64,000 nt of DNA from the human T2T-CHM13v2.0 reference genome, Homo sapiens: NCBI RefSeq assembly GCF_009914755.1, contig NC_060932.1. One strand, written 5' to 3'. Positions 26,851-40,815 of this stretch are shown one piece after another; the first letter of the stretch is position 1, and each line of letters starts with the position of its first letter. The position numbers were made by a program, and so were the translations under genes. The notes below the pieces were generated by a model that worked only from the letters and a program-made list of their open reading frames with translations, did not search any database and had not been told where the DNA came from.

Positions 26851-27146
26851 GCAGGGCTTGGAGCAGATGGTAAAGATTGTTGGCTTTTCCAGCCATGGGG
26901 CTCTCTTGCCACTTGGCAGTAGTGGCATGAAGCCGCCACCAGGGGGCCACGCACCAGTGCATGTGGCTGTGTTCCAAACTTTTTGGACAATAAAATCTGA
27001 ATTTCACATACTTTTCTTATGTCATTAGATATTACCCTTTTACATCTTTTCACTATTTAAAAATGTAAAAATCATTCTTAACATTTGGGCTGTGCAAAAA
27101 CAGCTGGTGGGCCCAATTTTGGCCTGTATTTCACTTGCCAACCCGA
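26851..27146 (+). mobile_element. MER58B-like hAT-Charlie DNA transposon
   Basis: gtggctgtgttccaa...tgaatttcacata...atttaaaaatgtaaaaatcattctta...gggctgtgcaaaaacagctggtgggcccaattttggcc...ttgccaaccc. Confidence 0.75.
26936..26948 (+). promoter_or_regulatory. Candidate CTCF site
   Basis: CCACCAGGGGGCC matches the CTCF core consensus CCASYAGRKGGCR except at the last base. Motif evidence only. Confidence 0.5.
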
Positions 27147-27833
27147 TTTATACTTTTGTATCTATTTGACATTTTCCATTAAAAGTTATATAACACTACT
27201 TTTTTGTACTCGTTACTTTTTAAAAAAAACTTTCTACAATGAAAATACATTATTTTTACAATAAAAAGCCAAAATACATACACAAAAATGTTACCCATTA
27301 ATTATGGGAATTACTTCAAGGTAATTCTTATTTTGAAATATCTTTCCAATATTTTCTCTTATATCGCTTTTTGAAGACGCATAACATGATCCCAAATAAA
27401 CAGTTGAATAAACACCACCCTCCTCTCCCCTCCTGCCCAGAAACCCACCCATCTGGAGCTGCATCTCCCAGGAAAGGAGACTCTAGAGGGAACCGCCTTC
27501 TTGCATTTCTCTAGCCTGGATTCCCATGGGAAAGATGTGTATCTTCATGCTGAGCTTTGAAGATTCTTACAGAATAAAAATTCTTACCATATCCTTCTGT
27601 CTTAATAGCACGTTTTAAAGTCTCTAGGGAGAAGAGATTTCTGTAAACACTAGTTTCCAAAGAATAAAAAAAAAAAATCACTTCTCAAAACTCAAATGGT
27701 ATTTCCCATCACCCCCACACCATCCAGATTTGTTCAGCTTTCTTGAAAATAAATTATCTAAATTTTTAAAAATATTTTCCTAAAACTCTAAACAGAAGTA
27801 ACGTCAAAGGGATCAATAGCCTCACTTCTTATG

Positions 27834-27885
27834 AAAGCTAAAACTCTACCCCTTTATCAAAAGCTAAAACTCTACCCCTTTATCA
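27834..27885. repeat. 26-bp tandem duplication (1 mismatch) followed by (GTAA)n
   Basis: aaagctaaaactctaccc(c/t)tttatca, two copies. Confidence 0.85.
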
Positions 27886-27962
27886 GTAAGTAAGTAAGTG
27901 AAAATATCTTTGCAACTCTGAAAAACCATGCTGGGACATTAATTTCTAAATACTTAAATGGC

Positions 27963-28246
27963 GGCCAGGTGCAGTCCCTCACACCTGTAATCCCAGCACT
28001 TGGGGAGGTCGAGGCCAGAGATTGCTTGAGCGAGCCCAGGAGTTCAAGACCAGCCTAGGCAATATAGCAAGACCTCGTCGCTACAAAAAAAAAAAAAAAA
28101 AAAAAAGAAAAAGGAAAAAAGCCAGGCATGGTGGCACACGTGTAGTCCCAGTTACTCAGCAGGCAGAGGTGGAGGCTGCAGTGAGCTGTGTTTGTGCCAC
28201 TGTACTCCTGACTGGGCAACAGTGTGAGACCCTGTCTCAAAAAATA
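27963..28246 (+). mobile_element. AluJ-like element with an expanded middle A tract
   Basis: Alu dimer; A-rich linker at about 28086-28120. Confidence 0.9.
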
Positions 28247-29444
28247 CATAAATATTTAAGTATCCACCCGAACTGACAGCCTTATAGTACCGGGGTGGGG
28301 GGCGGTCACTGTTACTGTCAGACACACTTGAAAAAGATGAAACCACTCACTGGTAAGATAACAGTTGGTCACCAAAAGGCAAAGATGCCAGCATGATGAT
28401 GATAAGCTTCAAACATAATCAGAAACCCAGTGGATGGAGATTTGCCATGAAACAGCAGGTCTTGGAGATACAGTAACCAAAACTTAGAGAATGGAATACC
28501 TCATAAAGGTGACATGCCCTTCAGTGGTGATGAAACCAGTCTTTGAATCAGAGAAAGGCACAAAGGAAAGCAGCATGTTCCCAAGGCACACATGCCAGGA
28601 GAAAACAAGCCCACCAGCAGGAGGCCTGCCTTTAACACTCACCTGCTGGTGTGAGAGCAGACGAGGCTGCAGCCACATCAACCCTGGCTCTCCTATGTAA
28701 CATTCACTCAGGACTGCCCGTGCCCCTCCAACGGGCTCAGCGCCATTCATGTTGCTTATCTGTTAACCTCTTCCCCAAACCCTGCTCTTCCAGCAGACGG
28801 CGCACACACTGTGCCACACGTGTGGCTGAAAGGATAGCCATGCGTGGGGATAGCCGGAGGTGCGGTCGCTCCCCAATTACTACATTTTCCCTCTAAAAAC
28901 TTAAGTGTCACATTTCAAAACACCAGCTTCTTTAGCAAACCGGTTTTTCTGTACATAACCCAGACAGGCACCTCTCTGGGGCCCCCATGTCTACACAGAG
29001 TTGGGCACTGCCCTGGACTCTCATCTACCTGATGGACAGCTGGTGCAACTTTATCAGCTGTCAGCCTTAAATGAAGAGGCTCAGAAAATACGGGGAAGTG
29101 TCTAGCACATTCAAGCACACATTTTGAGGATGGCCACCTGGGGGATGGGCTCTACACAAACAGGGTCAGCGTTCCACAGTGGAAAGTTAAGGCTTCACTC
29201 ATATAGGCAGGAGCCGAGATATCGCAGAGTCTTGCCGTTTTCCACAGACCAGTGTGTGCGCTATGGCAATATGACCCATTACAGATGGCTGCACTCCACA
29301 AAGTGAGGAGCAGTGATCTCAGGGGCCTCATCTCTGATGCATTTGGTCGTTTATAGGGAAAGAAAGGCAGAGGTTGCAGCTGTATGCTCCGTGGCTCCAG
29401 CTGCATAGCTGCATTCCTTCCAAGACTCAATATTTTTTGAGTGC

Positions 29445-29620
29445 TTTTTTAAATTTTAGTTTCAGGGGGCACATGTGCCCCTTTGCTACATGGGTATGTT
29501 GCATGGTGTGGGGTCTGGGTTACTTTTGAACTCATCACCCAAACAGCGAATGTAGTGCTCAATAGGTAGCTTTTCAACCCTTGTCCCCTTTCTCCTTCCC
29601 TCCTCCCTTTTGGAGGCCAG
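29445..29620 (-). mobile_element. L1PA/PB-like 3' end fragment
   Basis: ttcagggggcacatgtgc...tacatgggtatgttgcatg...ctcatcacccaaacagcgaatgtagtgctcaataggtag. Confidence 0.7.
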
Positions 29621-31087
29621 AGTAAAGTTCCGATGGCTTGAAGTTTGAATTAAGTTTGACTTACTCAGTTTCACACAGCTTTATAACCAAAGGTCACACA
29701 ATCATGCTACCCCTTAGTGAGGAAAGCAAGGGGCTCTGTAGCATCTTGGCTGTTATGTGAGCCACGTGCACTAATGCAGCCTTCATTCAAGCTCTCCTCT
29801 CCTTCCTCCTCAATTCAGCATCTACCGAGGGGAAGGCGATGGTCTGTGACACAGGTCACACTTAACAGGATCCCTGTAGCATGGAAACAGAGCAGTGTCG
29901 TCTGATCTCAAGGTGGTTAGGATGTTTCCAATTCCCATGCAAATTTTTTTACTAGTTCCTCCCACAAAGCTGCTTACATTTGCAGGCGGGTTGGGGGGTG
30001 GAATCAAATGGTCTCACCTGCATTTTCACTGCTATGACCTCTTTTCTGGATCTGAGAGGGAGTACAGCAGGTACCTGTCCCAGGTGGCGGGCCACATCCC
30101 TGGCTCTCTGCTTGCAGAAGAGGTGCCAGGACACAGCCCTCGAGAAGCGTAGAGAGGGCACAACTGAGAGATGCTTAAGGAATAAGGGGAGCCAGGTTAA
30201 AGATCCAGTTGTTACCACCTGAGCCTAATGTTACCACTAATGGTGGATGTCAGACACTATGTGGCCCTGCTGTGCACAGGGGCCCAGGAGCTGCCCCGAA
30301 AGAAAGCAGCAGCTTGGATTAACCGAGCCTTTAGATCCAATTTCTTGTTTGTAGGCAGTGCTAAGGATGGAGGAGTGAGTTGAACACCTCAAACAACAGT
30401 GTGTTCAGGAAAAGCTGCGAGGGAAGGGAGACAGGGGGCTCCTGTTTCCAACATCTAAAAGATTTCAGAGATAGAACAGCCATATATGATGCACGATCAT
30501 GGTTTTGGGAAAAAACAGCTAAAAGGTACATTCCAGACAATTGGGAACATATATATATGTATTAGATGATACAGGAAATTAATTTTGTTAGGTGTGCCAA
30601 TCATATTTACTTATGCAGGCAGCATCATTTTTTTTTTTTAGAAATATATGTTGAAGTACTTGGGGGTGATACGGTGTCCGTAATTTACTTTTAAATGGTT
30701 AAATATATGTATGGACACACAAAGCAAATATGACAAGTACAACCATTATTGAATCGCAGTAGCTGAGTTTATGGATGTCCATTGTACTACATACTTTTGC
30801 ATAGATTTTATTTTTCATCATAAAAAAATTTAAAAACTGAAATGCTTGTCAACCCCCCCATCTCGAAAAAGCCAAATTGAAATACACCTGGTTAATTATG
30901 AGAATTAACCACTATCTGAGGATTAAGTGTGATTTGTTTCCCTTCCTTCATCCCACTGGCCTCAGGAATGGAAAATACTTTAAAGGGAGAAAAAACTCAA
31001 ACTGTGACCATGAGCCTCCACCCCATCCTGTCCTGTCTGCTTCTTGTGTCAGAGCCACTAAGGGAAAAATCACTAAGTTGTCACAAT

Positions 31088-31260
31088 GGCTGGGTGCAGT
31101 GGCCTACAACCCAGCACTTCGGGAGACTGAGGCAGGAGGATCACTTGAGCCCAGGAGTTGGAGGTTGTACTGAGCCCTGATCATGCCACTGCATTCCAGT
31201 CTGGGTGACAGAGCAGGACCCTGTCTCTAAAAAGGTTTTTTAATAAAAACAAAAAATAAA
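31088..31260 (+). mobile_element. Alu monomer (FRAM/FAM-like)
   Basis: Single Alu arm followed by an A-rich tail. Confidence 0.85.
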
Positions 31261-34200
31261 TGGTCACACATTCCTAAGATGCATTAGGCTTTGCTGGGAG
31301 ATGGCCCTTCTAGTTCACCATTGAGCTTAGCATTTGCTGCTGTTAAAATTAGAATAACCTTTATTCAGGATGTGCTCCTCCGAGATGAAACGGATGTCCG
31401 ATTCTGGGAGCCGGAGGAACACGCTGCAATGCACTTTCAGACTCTGCAAGGAAGAGTGGGCAGGCACACAGAATCTCAGGAAGACGGTTCAGGGCGGCGG
31501 GGACATTCATCATGTGTTTACCGTCGGCTCTGACAGCCCGGCTTGAAGCTTCCTTCTAAGGATAGAGACTGAGCAGAGACTCCATGTGTCCTGGGCCTCA
31601 GTGGATAAAATTAGAATATGCAGGAGCCTGGGCAAATGAACCTATGACCCTGGGCAGCTGGCAGACTTTAAAAGCGAATTCCAGGTACAAGTCTGTTTTT
31701 TTAAACATCTGCCCAAGGCTGCCATGGACCAAATTCCTAAAGATACCTTGTTGCCCTAGAAATGTCTCCAAAACTCAATACCCCACTAGTTTTCCTACTC
31801 TGTCTAGAGACTTGGCTCCCACCTCCCCCAATTACATGACCTTCTTCCATCAAATCCACTCTCCACACAATGAAGAAAACAGCACCTAATTCTGATGAAA
31901 ACGTCTGGCCATGGGACAAAGCCCCGCAGGGCCCAGCTTTGGCCTTAATGGAAGGCGGGGTTAGGGGTATGACACTAGCCCCCCGCAAGAGCTCTGCTTC
32001 ACCTCACACAACCAACCTGGTCCTCACTCTGGGTGAGGCAGAAATGTCACTGGCTCTACTTCCTGTTGATATGGGGACATTGATCCTCTCTAGGGTTGAG
32101 AACCAGGATTTAGACCGAGAAATTGACTTTATGGCGTCAAGGGAGAAACAAGCAAGAGAAGAGCAGAAAATGAACAAAATGAACAGGAGGGGACCACAAT
32201 GGACAGTGGTTCACAGATGAGGGCCTGTTTCAGAAGAAAGAAGAAGCCTCTTGGGGGTGGCACACAGGTGAGAAGAGCCATGGGTCAGGGCACCAAGGAG
32301 CCAGCCAGGTGAGCAGGACTCTTGGCGGCACAGGTGCCCCAGGATCTGCAAGAGGATTCTATGAAAGCGCATGCTTAAAGACGCTGCAGGTGAGCCTGCC
32401 CGAGAACACCTCCCACACGAGTTGCCCCACGCTCCCCAGGTTTGGCCCCTCCACTGGCTGTTCGGCAGTTCCAGCCCTGAAGCCCCTCGCCCCTCCTCAC
32501 AGGGCCTCCCACCATCCGCAACCCTGTCCTCACCCACCAGCTTCCTCAGCAAGCAATTCTTTAAAGTGAATCAATTTTAAAGAGTATTAAGAATGTTATA
32601 GCATAGATAGCACTCGCGTTACAAAAATGAGAAATCCAAGAACTGAAGTTCAGAAGGCCCACACCAACCACACCCCCCGACTTTTCTCATGTAAACGGGA
32701 GGGCATTTCAGAACCCCACTGGCACATGCTGCCAGGGCAGGGCTCCTCCCTTCTGCTTCCAGTGCCTTCTGCTCCCTGGGCCCAGTGCTCAGCCATGGAA
32801 GGAGCCAGTGCAGCTGTCACACGGGCATCTCCTGTGGGCATCTTGTGAGGGGGGCTGTCATGCGGTGGCTGCACAGGAAGCAGCCGTGGTATCTGGGGCT
32901 GGGTGGCAGCCGGCACGGGACCCAAACCTGGGCCCTACAAACCCTGGGGACCATGTCCCAGTGGAAGCACCACCCTGGGCCAAGACCCTGAAACACTAGA
33001 GAAGCTTTGGGAAGGTGCTTTCATGTAGAATGGAGGGAGACAAAGTGGCTTCCTGGCACTTGGGTGGGAGGTGGCAGGGGCTGCATGCAGAGCTGGGATG
33101 CAGGCCTGAAAGCTGCATCTCCTCCACCAAGAGCACCCCAGACCCCGACCTCAGCAGCAGGCAAGGGTTGGGGAGGATGTGCCTTCAAGCTGATCGTGTT
33201 TTGAATACTTAATAGAACATGCTGCAGTCAGGCCAGGCTGAGGCCGGGCCCACAAGTGGATCCCGCAGAGCACAGCTCAGATCACCAGAGGCCCAGAGTA
33301 GGGAGTCGCCCAGGCTGCACTCGTGTTGCTGGCACAGGCCACGGCCTCCTGAGACGGAACTCGGGCCACCACACACCTTATGAGGGATGCCACCCATCCA
33401 GCCAGGGGACGCCCAGACTTGACAAAGACTCCCCAGAACCACACAGCACCAAACCCCATCAGGGCCCAGCAACTTCAAAACAAGCTCAAGGCCAAACGGC
33501 TGTCTGCCTTGGTGCAAAGATCCCAACTTCAGCATCTGACCCCACACCCCACACCAGAGGGGGACCTCCCTAGGGAAATGCCAGAGGTCATGGTGGCAGG
33601 TGGCGCCTTCCACAAGGGAGCCCCAACGCTGTCACAGTGGCTCAGACCTGGTGCAGGCATGCCCCTTTCCTGCCGAGACTCTGGGGACGTGGCCTTGGCC
33701 TCGAGCCTGTCCGTCCTCAGCAGGCTGTCCCTGGTGGTCTGTGTGAGCTTCCCTGCACCTGTGATACTTTGCCTCATTCCTGGGAAATGCTGCATAAATA
33801 CCCACAACTGAATGAAGGTTGCCCTTCCTCCGCACCTCAGCCTGCAGTCTCCCATCATCTGGTGTCATTCCACCTGCCACAGAACAAACTCATTCCAGGC
33901 GTTCAAGAGCGGGACTCTTGGACCTCACTCAGCATCTATAAAATGGGCACAGCAATGCCGGCATTGCAGGACTGTGCTAAGGCCCCAGAGGGAGGCAAGG
34001 GCAAAGCACAGGTGTCTGACGGGTGTGGCGCAGGTAGGCGTCAACGCCTGCTGGGGCCCAGTAAGGCCAGGCCGCAGGCTGGTGTGGCTGCTCTAAGCCC
34101 TGCCACCTGCCCCCTCCCTAAACAGCAACAGGAGCTCAGACAGATGTCGCCTGAGCCCCTCCCAGCCGACTGCAGCAGCAGAGGCAGCCGAGCCTCCTCC

Positions 34201-37200
34201 AAAGCCCACAGGAACAGGGAGGCAACGTGGTCAGGCAGCCCTGCCACTTGTCACTGTTTAAAAATTAGGTCATTTTTTAATAATCTAATAACAAGTACAT
34301 AACCTAAATAAGAAGTACTTAAAGTTTCATTGTGCTCACTTCTAGTTTTATTTCTGAGCTGAGGTTTTTTGGCAGAAAGTTTAGTTGAATCCTCAAACAC
34401 AGCTGGCTGTATGAGCTGGAGTTTTCCACCTCAGGGAACTGCAATATATTAATTCAATCAAAAATAGTTTACTTCCTCAGGGGAAGTGAACTGATTTTGT
34501 TTTGTTTACCTCCCTCCCACCCCAGCCTTTCACGGTGCCAAGTCATTGCCTAAATTTAATAGCTTGACATTCTGGGAGGCCAATGGCTTTCACCTGCGGA
34601 GGGAGTGGGGCGGTCAGCAAGGGGTGCATTTTCAGCTCACCGTGCTCAAGTTGAGAAGGAAAGAGACGGACTTGACACCTCCTAAGGCTTTCAACCCAGT
34701 GGAGTAGAAAGCCCCAGACACTGCAACATTCCTGCCTGGCAAGAGGTCCCCTCTGTGCCTGAACTGCACTGAACTGACTCCACCCCAGGCTGTGCCCGCT
34801 TCACAGTTTGGTAAACATTGACTTCCCACGATGCCCACATGGAGGCTGCACCTTGAGGAGGAACAGGATACACGCACGCAGCCAGAGAGCAGGACACCCG
34901 CGTGAGAGGCAGAGGCGCTTCAGAGATGGCACCAGCAGGACCCCAGGCTTCCAGTTGCTGCCTCGCTTCCCCGCGATCCGAGGTGGAGCTGCTGAGACAG
35001 CAATGGCATGTCTAGGAAGCACCACAGGTATACAAGCACTGTGTTTGTGAATAGTCAGTACTCCTTTCTAGTATTTTTTGACATACTCCAGAAACATTAA
35101 AAACAGAGGTAAAATTCACCCCATTCTTTCATTTAAACATAACTATTAAAATTTATCATTTATCACATATCTTACTGTGCTTCTTCACAGCAGCGAGGGG
35201 GACACGCTCCAGCTCCAACGGGAACGTGTCCGCATCACCAGATGACCCGTGTTCTTGCGGCAACACAGCAGCAAAAGGTGGCTTTGCCTTATCAGAGGCC
35301 GCCAACACCAGTGCGCTAATGTCAGACTGTCTTGTGTTAAAAAATACAGATTGCCAAGAAAAACTGGCTTTTAATAAAATAAATGCATTGTTAAATCTCA
35401 TGTTCTCAGGAGTCAACATAGCAGAGAAGTAAAAGTACAGTGTACTGATGATAGATAAAAGCACCGGGTATTGACAACAAGGAGATGAAATCCACATCCA
35501 AGATCTCAGAGACCCTGGCCCAGGAGGGCAGGTGGAACCGGCGATGGAAGTCCACAGCCGGTCCCTCACCTGCCAGCAGCATCATCAACTCTTACCCACC
35601 TGCCGATGCCATTTAAAAGTAAAACCTTCTTGGCTGTGGCTACTGGGGTCAGGTGCTCCCGCAACAGAGCCAGAAGCACTGCAGGCATGGAGCAGTATAA
35701 ACCCTTGCGGTGACCTGGAAGAGGTGATCCCAGTATCATGTCTCATCCTACTGCATCACATCAAATCTGCTCAGCAATTGCTCTTCACAGTACTTTGTCT
35801 TTTCCTTTCCTGCAGTACCAGGGAAAAGGGCACAAAAAGCCCAGAAACATGACAAGTGAGTGCATATAATTCAGTCAACCCTCACAGTCCTTAAAACCAC
35901 AAAACCCCCATGAAGCCTGTGCGGCTCCCGAGGCCACATGACCGGATCAGTGAGGCTGCCAGTACTCAGCATGCTGCCGTTAGAGGGAGTCCCCCCTGCA
36001 TGTTAACTCCCAGTAACAACAACGGGTGCTGTGCTGATGACCTCAGAACGTGGCAGGCTCCTGGGCCATCGCAGTGACTCACAGCAGTCCTAACAGACAG
36101 GCCTGCTGCTTCCTATTGTGCATGAGGAACAAGGTCTCTCAGGCAGAGCTGCAAACACCCACATGGTGGTGAGTCCAGGACAGGGCCTCACATGTGGCAT
36201 CATCGCCAGCTCAGGATGGGCAAAGGGATGCATGGCAGACAGGCATGCTGGATACTAATTGTGACCTTCCAGTTGTCAGGACCTGTACTGGTAATCCCAG
36301 TCAACATCACCTTCCACAGCAGTCTCTCTTGGCCCCCCACCACACAAGGGACCCTAGGCGGTGTGCCCCAGGGTGTGGCGTCCCCGCTGTCCCAGGGCTG
36401 TCAGCCCAGCAAGGAAGAGACGCCCCACAGAAAGAACATCTTGAACACAGCCATGACAAGAAGGACAATCAGGAAGCTTGGTGTGAGCATCTGGGCTTAA
36501 GGGAGGGCGGCTCCACGGAACCGTTCCGCTGACCTCTAAAGACAGGAGACAGAGGGTCATGGACGAAGTGGTGGTGATCAGCCCCTAACCTGGAGACTTC
36601 CACAGCCAAAGAAGCTACCAGAGAAACGTGTGGTGCCAGTTGCCTCCCACTCCGGGGCACATCACTCAGCCCAAATTCTCAGTGGGCTTCAGGATGCTGC
36701 CTGGGGGTGATGATATGGCTCTGAGCATGGACCCATCCACACCTGCCCGCCTGCTGCCTCGCTCCCAAGGCCCTCCCTGCATTCCTGCCTAAAGCTCACT
36801 GGAAATGTCGCTGTCTACACCACCACCACTTTAAACACCCACAGTTGTCTTCCTGGAGGTGGCAGCTTTTATAGCAACTACACCAGTGAGTCCTAAATTC
36901 CTAGCAGGGGCTGATGAGCACCAGCTGTATTCTGCAAAGCCCCTCACCCACCCAAACCCTGTGCCTCCTGCCTTTAGCTCTCTATAATTAAAGTGTTTAA
37001 ATAAACAAGAGCCTTTGGTTATAGCTATTCAAGACTCATCTAAGATGCAGAAAACCTAATCTAAGATTAGGAAGTGTTCAATATTTCACAGCTTCACCAA
37101 CAACCTTCAAGCTTCACTATTTTCTCCTCAAAGCTCTCTGAGAATACCCTCACTTTATAAACAGAAAAGAAAGCCTGAAGGTCGGCAGCTGGGACCCCTC

Positions 37201-38124
37201 TCGGGGCTGGTGCTGTGGACCAAGGCCTCAGTGAAAGGGCCACACTGAGCAGCCGCAGATTACTGCCGGGCGCCGTCTCTACTTGGTTACCAAATAACAC
37301 AGCTCCAGCGTTTGAAATATTGAGCTGTCTTCTTTCAGTAGAATTTTACACTTTTGAACAACTGACAAAAGCTAGTTCACTTTTCTGTTATTAGCTAAAA
37401 GCTTAAGTTTTCATTTCCATATGATTGTTCCTTCACAACAGGAATCTCAAAGGTTCTCAGGTAACAGAGTAGTGCTTTTTCTTAAATAGGTGCAGTCAAC
37501 TGGCTGGACTTGCAGCTTCCCTAACAGCAGACCAGTCCTGAGCCCAGCAGCCAGTGAGAGGTGGCGGTGGCCTGCCCCATCCCCCTCAGGGCTGCTAGCA
37601 ACAACCAGATGCCAACGCACAAGGCCCCCAATGGCAGGGTGAGGGCTGATGGCCACTGCCAACCACTGACAGAGCCACCACAGCAGCTCTATTAGGTCTG
37701 AAGAACTAGAAAACAATAAATCACTTAAATCTGAGGCTGAACTGAGCATAATTTCATCTGATTCAGCCCTCATTTTGATGTCTCATATCCACAATTAGAA
37801 ACAATTTTGGGATTACAGAACTGCAGGCCAAGAGGGGAATCACTTGTTGCTGCAGTCTGAATCCCCAAATGTTGATTCTGGCTGGTGCTGGGTCAGAGAG
37901 TTCACGTGGCAAGTCGCAGCCCGAGGCAGACACACTTTTACCAAGCAACACAGCACCTGGATGACGAGGGCTACTCTGTTTCCGCTGGGGCTGAGACCTG
38001 CTCAGTGCATTTCTACCTCATCAGCTGGGCTATAACTGTTTTTCTACTGGAAGGAAAAAAATAAGCAGCAAGCTCTCTCAGTCATTCAGCGCTGTTTAAA
38101 CAACCTTTGGACTACTCTGAGCAA

Positions 38125-38185
38125 TTTTTTTTTTTTTTTTTTTTTTTTTTTACAGGGCGTCACTCTGTCACCCAGAGTAGAGTGC
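38125..38185 (-). mobile_element. Poly(T) plus a very short Alu 3' end
   Basis: T27 followed by acagggcgtcactctgtcacccagagtagagtgc. Confidence 0.6.
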
Positions 38186-39059
38186 TCTCTGCAGTTAAGC
38201 ATTTTTTTTTTGGGTGGGGGGAAATGATCAAGTTAATGTTGAGCACTGGAAAAATCATCTTAGCCAGCTGATCTCTTCAGAGCTGACTCAAGAGTGCCCT
38301 GCTGGCTGGTCTTTTGGTTGATCAAGCAAATATCAACTGAAGAATGACTAAAAAAACCTAAAGCAAATTAATGGCTAAAACTAAATTGGTGGAGTGACAG
38401 AGGGCAGAATGTTTCCCTCACCTGTGAGACAGCCAGAGGAGGACCGGAATTACATGGCAGGTGTGGGTGAGAGGCTCAGGCTCTGAGGGCACCAGGCAAG
38501 ACCGGGGGCAGGGGGAAGGCGGGGGCAAAGTGGGCACCAGTAACATCCATGCTCCCCAGCAAGGGTGGAGTAGGCGACACTGCAGTCCACACTCACCCAT
38601 GAGGTCGGCGAGAAAGGCCAGGGAATCCAGCTGCCCAGGACGCAGGCCTGAGAAGAGAGATCCCACATGGCCCTGGGCTCCCCGCAAAGCATCTGCACCC
38701 CAAAAACGCAGCCTCAAAGGCACTGCAGGCTCCAGGGTCCTGTTCCCATGGGAGTGAACAGCACTCTCTAGAACAGGCCACTGCTTTCTAAAAGAACTTG
38801 TTTCTAAGAGATGGTCATCTTTTTTAAAGATACATAAAAATGAATTGTTGCTACTATGTTCATGTTTCTCCACTTGAAAATGAAGAAGTAAAAGCTTAAA
38901 GACAGAACTCATGAAATAAAGAACCAAAAACAGCAGCCGGGGTGCCCCGCCACACTGTTGCCCTCCAGAGTGGGGGGCCCTGCACCAAGGACTCAGTCAC
39001 ACACAGGCCATTCAAATACGCAGAAGACACATCTTGAAAACCAAGGTTGAAGTTGTTCA

Positions 39060-39065
39060 TTTATT
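39060..39065 (-). terminator. TDRP: TDRP distal poly(A) signal
   Basis: AATAAA on the minus strand with GU/U-rich sequence downstream. Confidence 0.55.
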
Positions 39066-39207
39066 TGTGAAAAGTCTACATGTGTTGACTGCATTCTAAA
39101 ATGAGGCTAAATAGGAAAGGTGCCATTAGCTCTGAGTGATTAAAGCCATCGTAAGCAGATGCCAATAATCATGCAAACCAATAAGGAAAGAGCTTAAAAA
39201 CAGTATT

Positions 39208-39213
39208 TTTATT
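39208..39213 (-). terminator. TDRP: TDRP poly(A) signal
   Basis: AATAAA on the minus strand near the end of an AT-rich, largely repeat-free stretch of about 2.4 kb after the stop; U-rich downstream. Confidence 0.6.
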
Positions 39214-40815
39214 TTTAAAAAACCTCAACATTAAGGAGGAACCCCTCTCTGAAGCACATCACTTTCCTATTAAAAAATAAAAAAAGTACAGTAGAAGGAG
39301 CACAGGACAACTCTCTTCACACAAGGAAGCTGTGTGTTTACACAATTCAAACACCCAGAATCAAAACCACATTCTCCCATTAACTTGTGAAGATAATAAA
39401 TTTGCTTTGATAAGTTCTTTCAAGAAAAGATAATTTTTCTCCCAAAGCACACCAATAAATATTTATATTAAAAACCACAGTTAATTTAATCAGGCACAGA
39501 AGAAAAAATCATTTTTACATTAGTCTTTGTAGATAAGAAAAATTTGATTTACAGTGCATATTCCAATCCCAATCTGGGTTTGTCCTCAAATTTTGAGAAA
39601 TAGCATAAAGAACTATTTTGCCAACTGTGCGTCACAATTCTATGATTGACGTGAGTTGCAGGCACTTAGCGTTCCAACAGAGGCACGGCAACTGCAGCCA
39701 TCACAGCCACAGAGCTCCCCACAACATGGGAAGCGTCCCCATCTCCCCACACACGTGATTTCCAGAGTTTCAAACACAGTGTTTACATTCCTGCGCAGCA
39801 AGACCATGTTAGCCAAAAACAAACCTACACTGACTTCCGCTGGAAAGTATTTGCAGAAGTCATGAAATGGTGTATGTTTTTACTATCCCAGCAAGCACTT
39901 CTCTAGGGAAAAGGACAGTTACGACTATTTACCTGAGGAAACTTAGAATTTGTCAACTTAGCTGTTATACTAAAAATTATGAACTTGTCTCTGTATTATG
40001 GAACAAAGAAAACCTCCACAACTTCACCATTTCAAGGTTCTAATACAAGCTGGAATTTTTGTTTGAACACCAATTGAAACATGTCCCCCTTTCAAGACTT
40101 GATAAGTAAACTTCTTGTTCTATTAAAAAAAAAAGTAGATGATTGACAGAAGGCTAGATGGATGCAGACTGAGAGAAGACAGACATAGAGGACAGGTGAA
40201 TAGATACGGATGATTGATAGGTATAAGTGATTGACACAGATTATAGATTTAGCTAGATGGATGCAAAAGTAATTGCTGTTTTTTCCATAACAGATGACAG
40301 ATCAAGTAAACCTGTTCTATTAAAAAACATGCAGACACTGATAACACTGCAGTGTGTTCTGCCATCAGGCACACTCAGTTATTCCACAGGAACAAACGGA
40401 AGGAACATCCACATGCATGAAACAGCACAGGAGTGCATGCCGAGCAACTCAGGAAAGGGTTTTTGTCTTGTTTTTACGTGAGGGGAATGCACAGTGTAAC
40501 TGGAGGTTTTATTTTACTTTTAAACAAAAAAGAAAAATATACCTTTTCTTTCAAACCACTTTTATCTAAGAGATATCTGCAGGACTTGCTGATAAGAGCC
40601 AACCTTCCAGGGACGCATAACTGGCACCTGATACTGTGCAGGATCACATTGTCAAGGACAGTAAGCAGACAGAAAAAGAACGCGAGAGATGCTCTCAAAC
40701 TGGTCGTCGATTATTCTTGTGGAAAAAACACAGCTTCTTACAGATCTAACACCAATCACAATAGGCATCTCGCTTTGCAAGAACAAACATATGAGCCTAA
40801 TAAAAAAGAGGCACT

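Noticed and set aside
33209-34302. Overlapping 100-221-aa ORFs in a GC-rich intergenic region
   Set aside because: ORFs on both strands with no recognisable domain or exon structure, as expected for GC-rich DNA.
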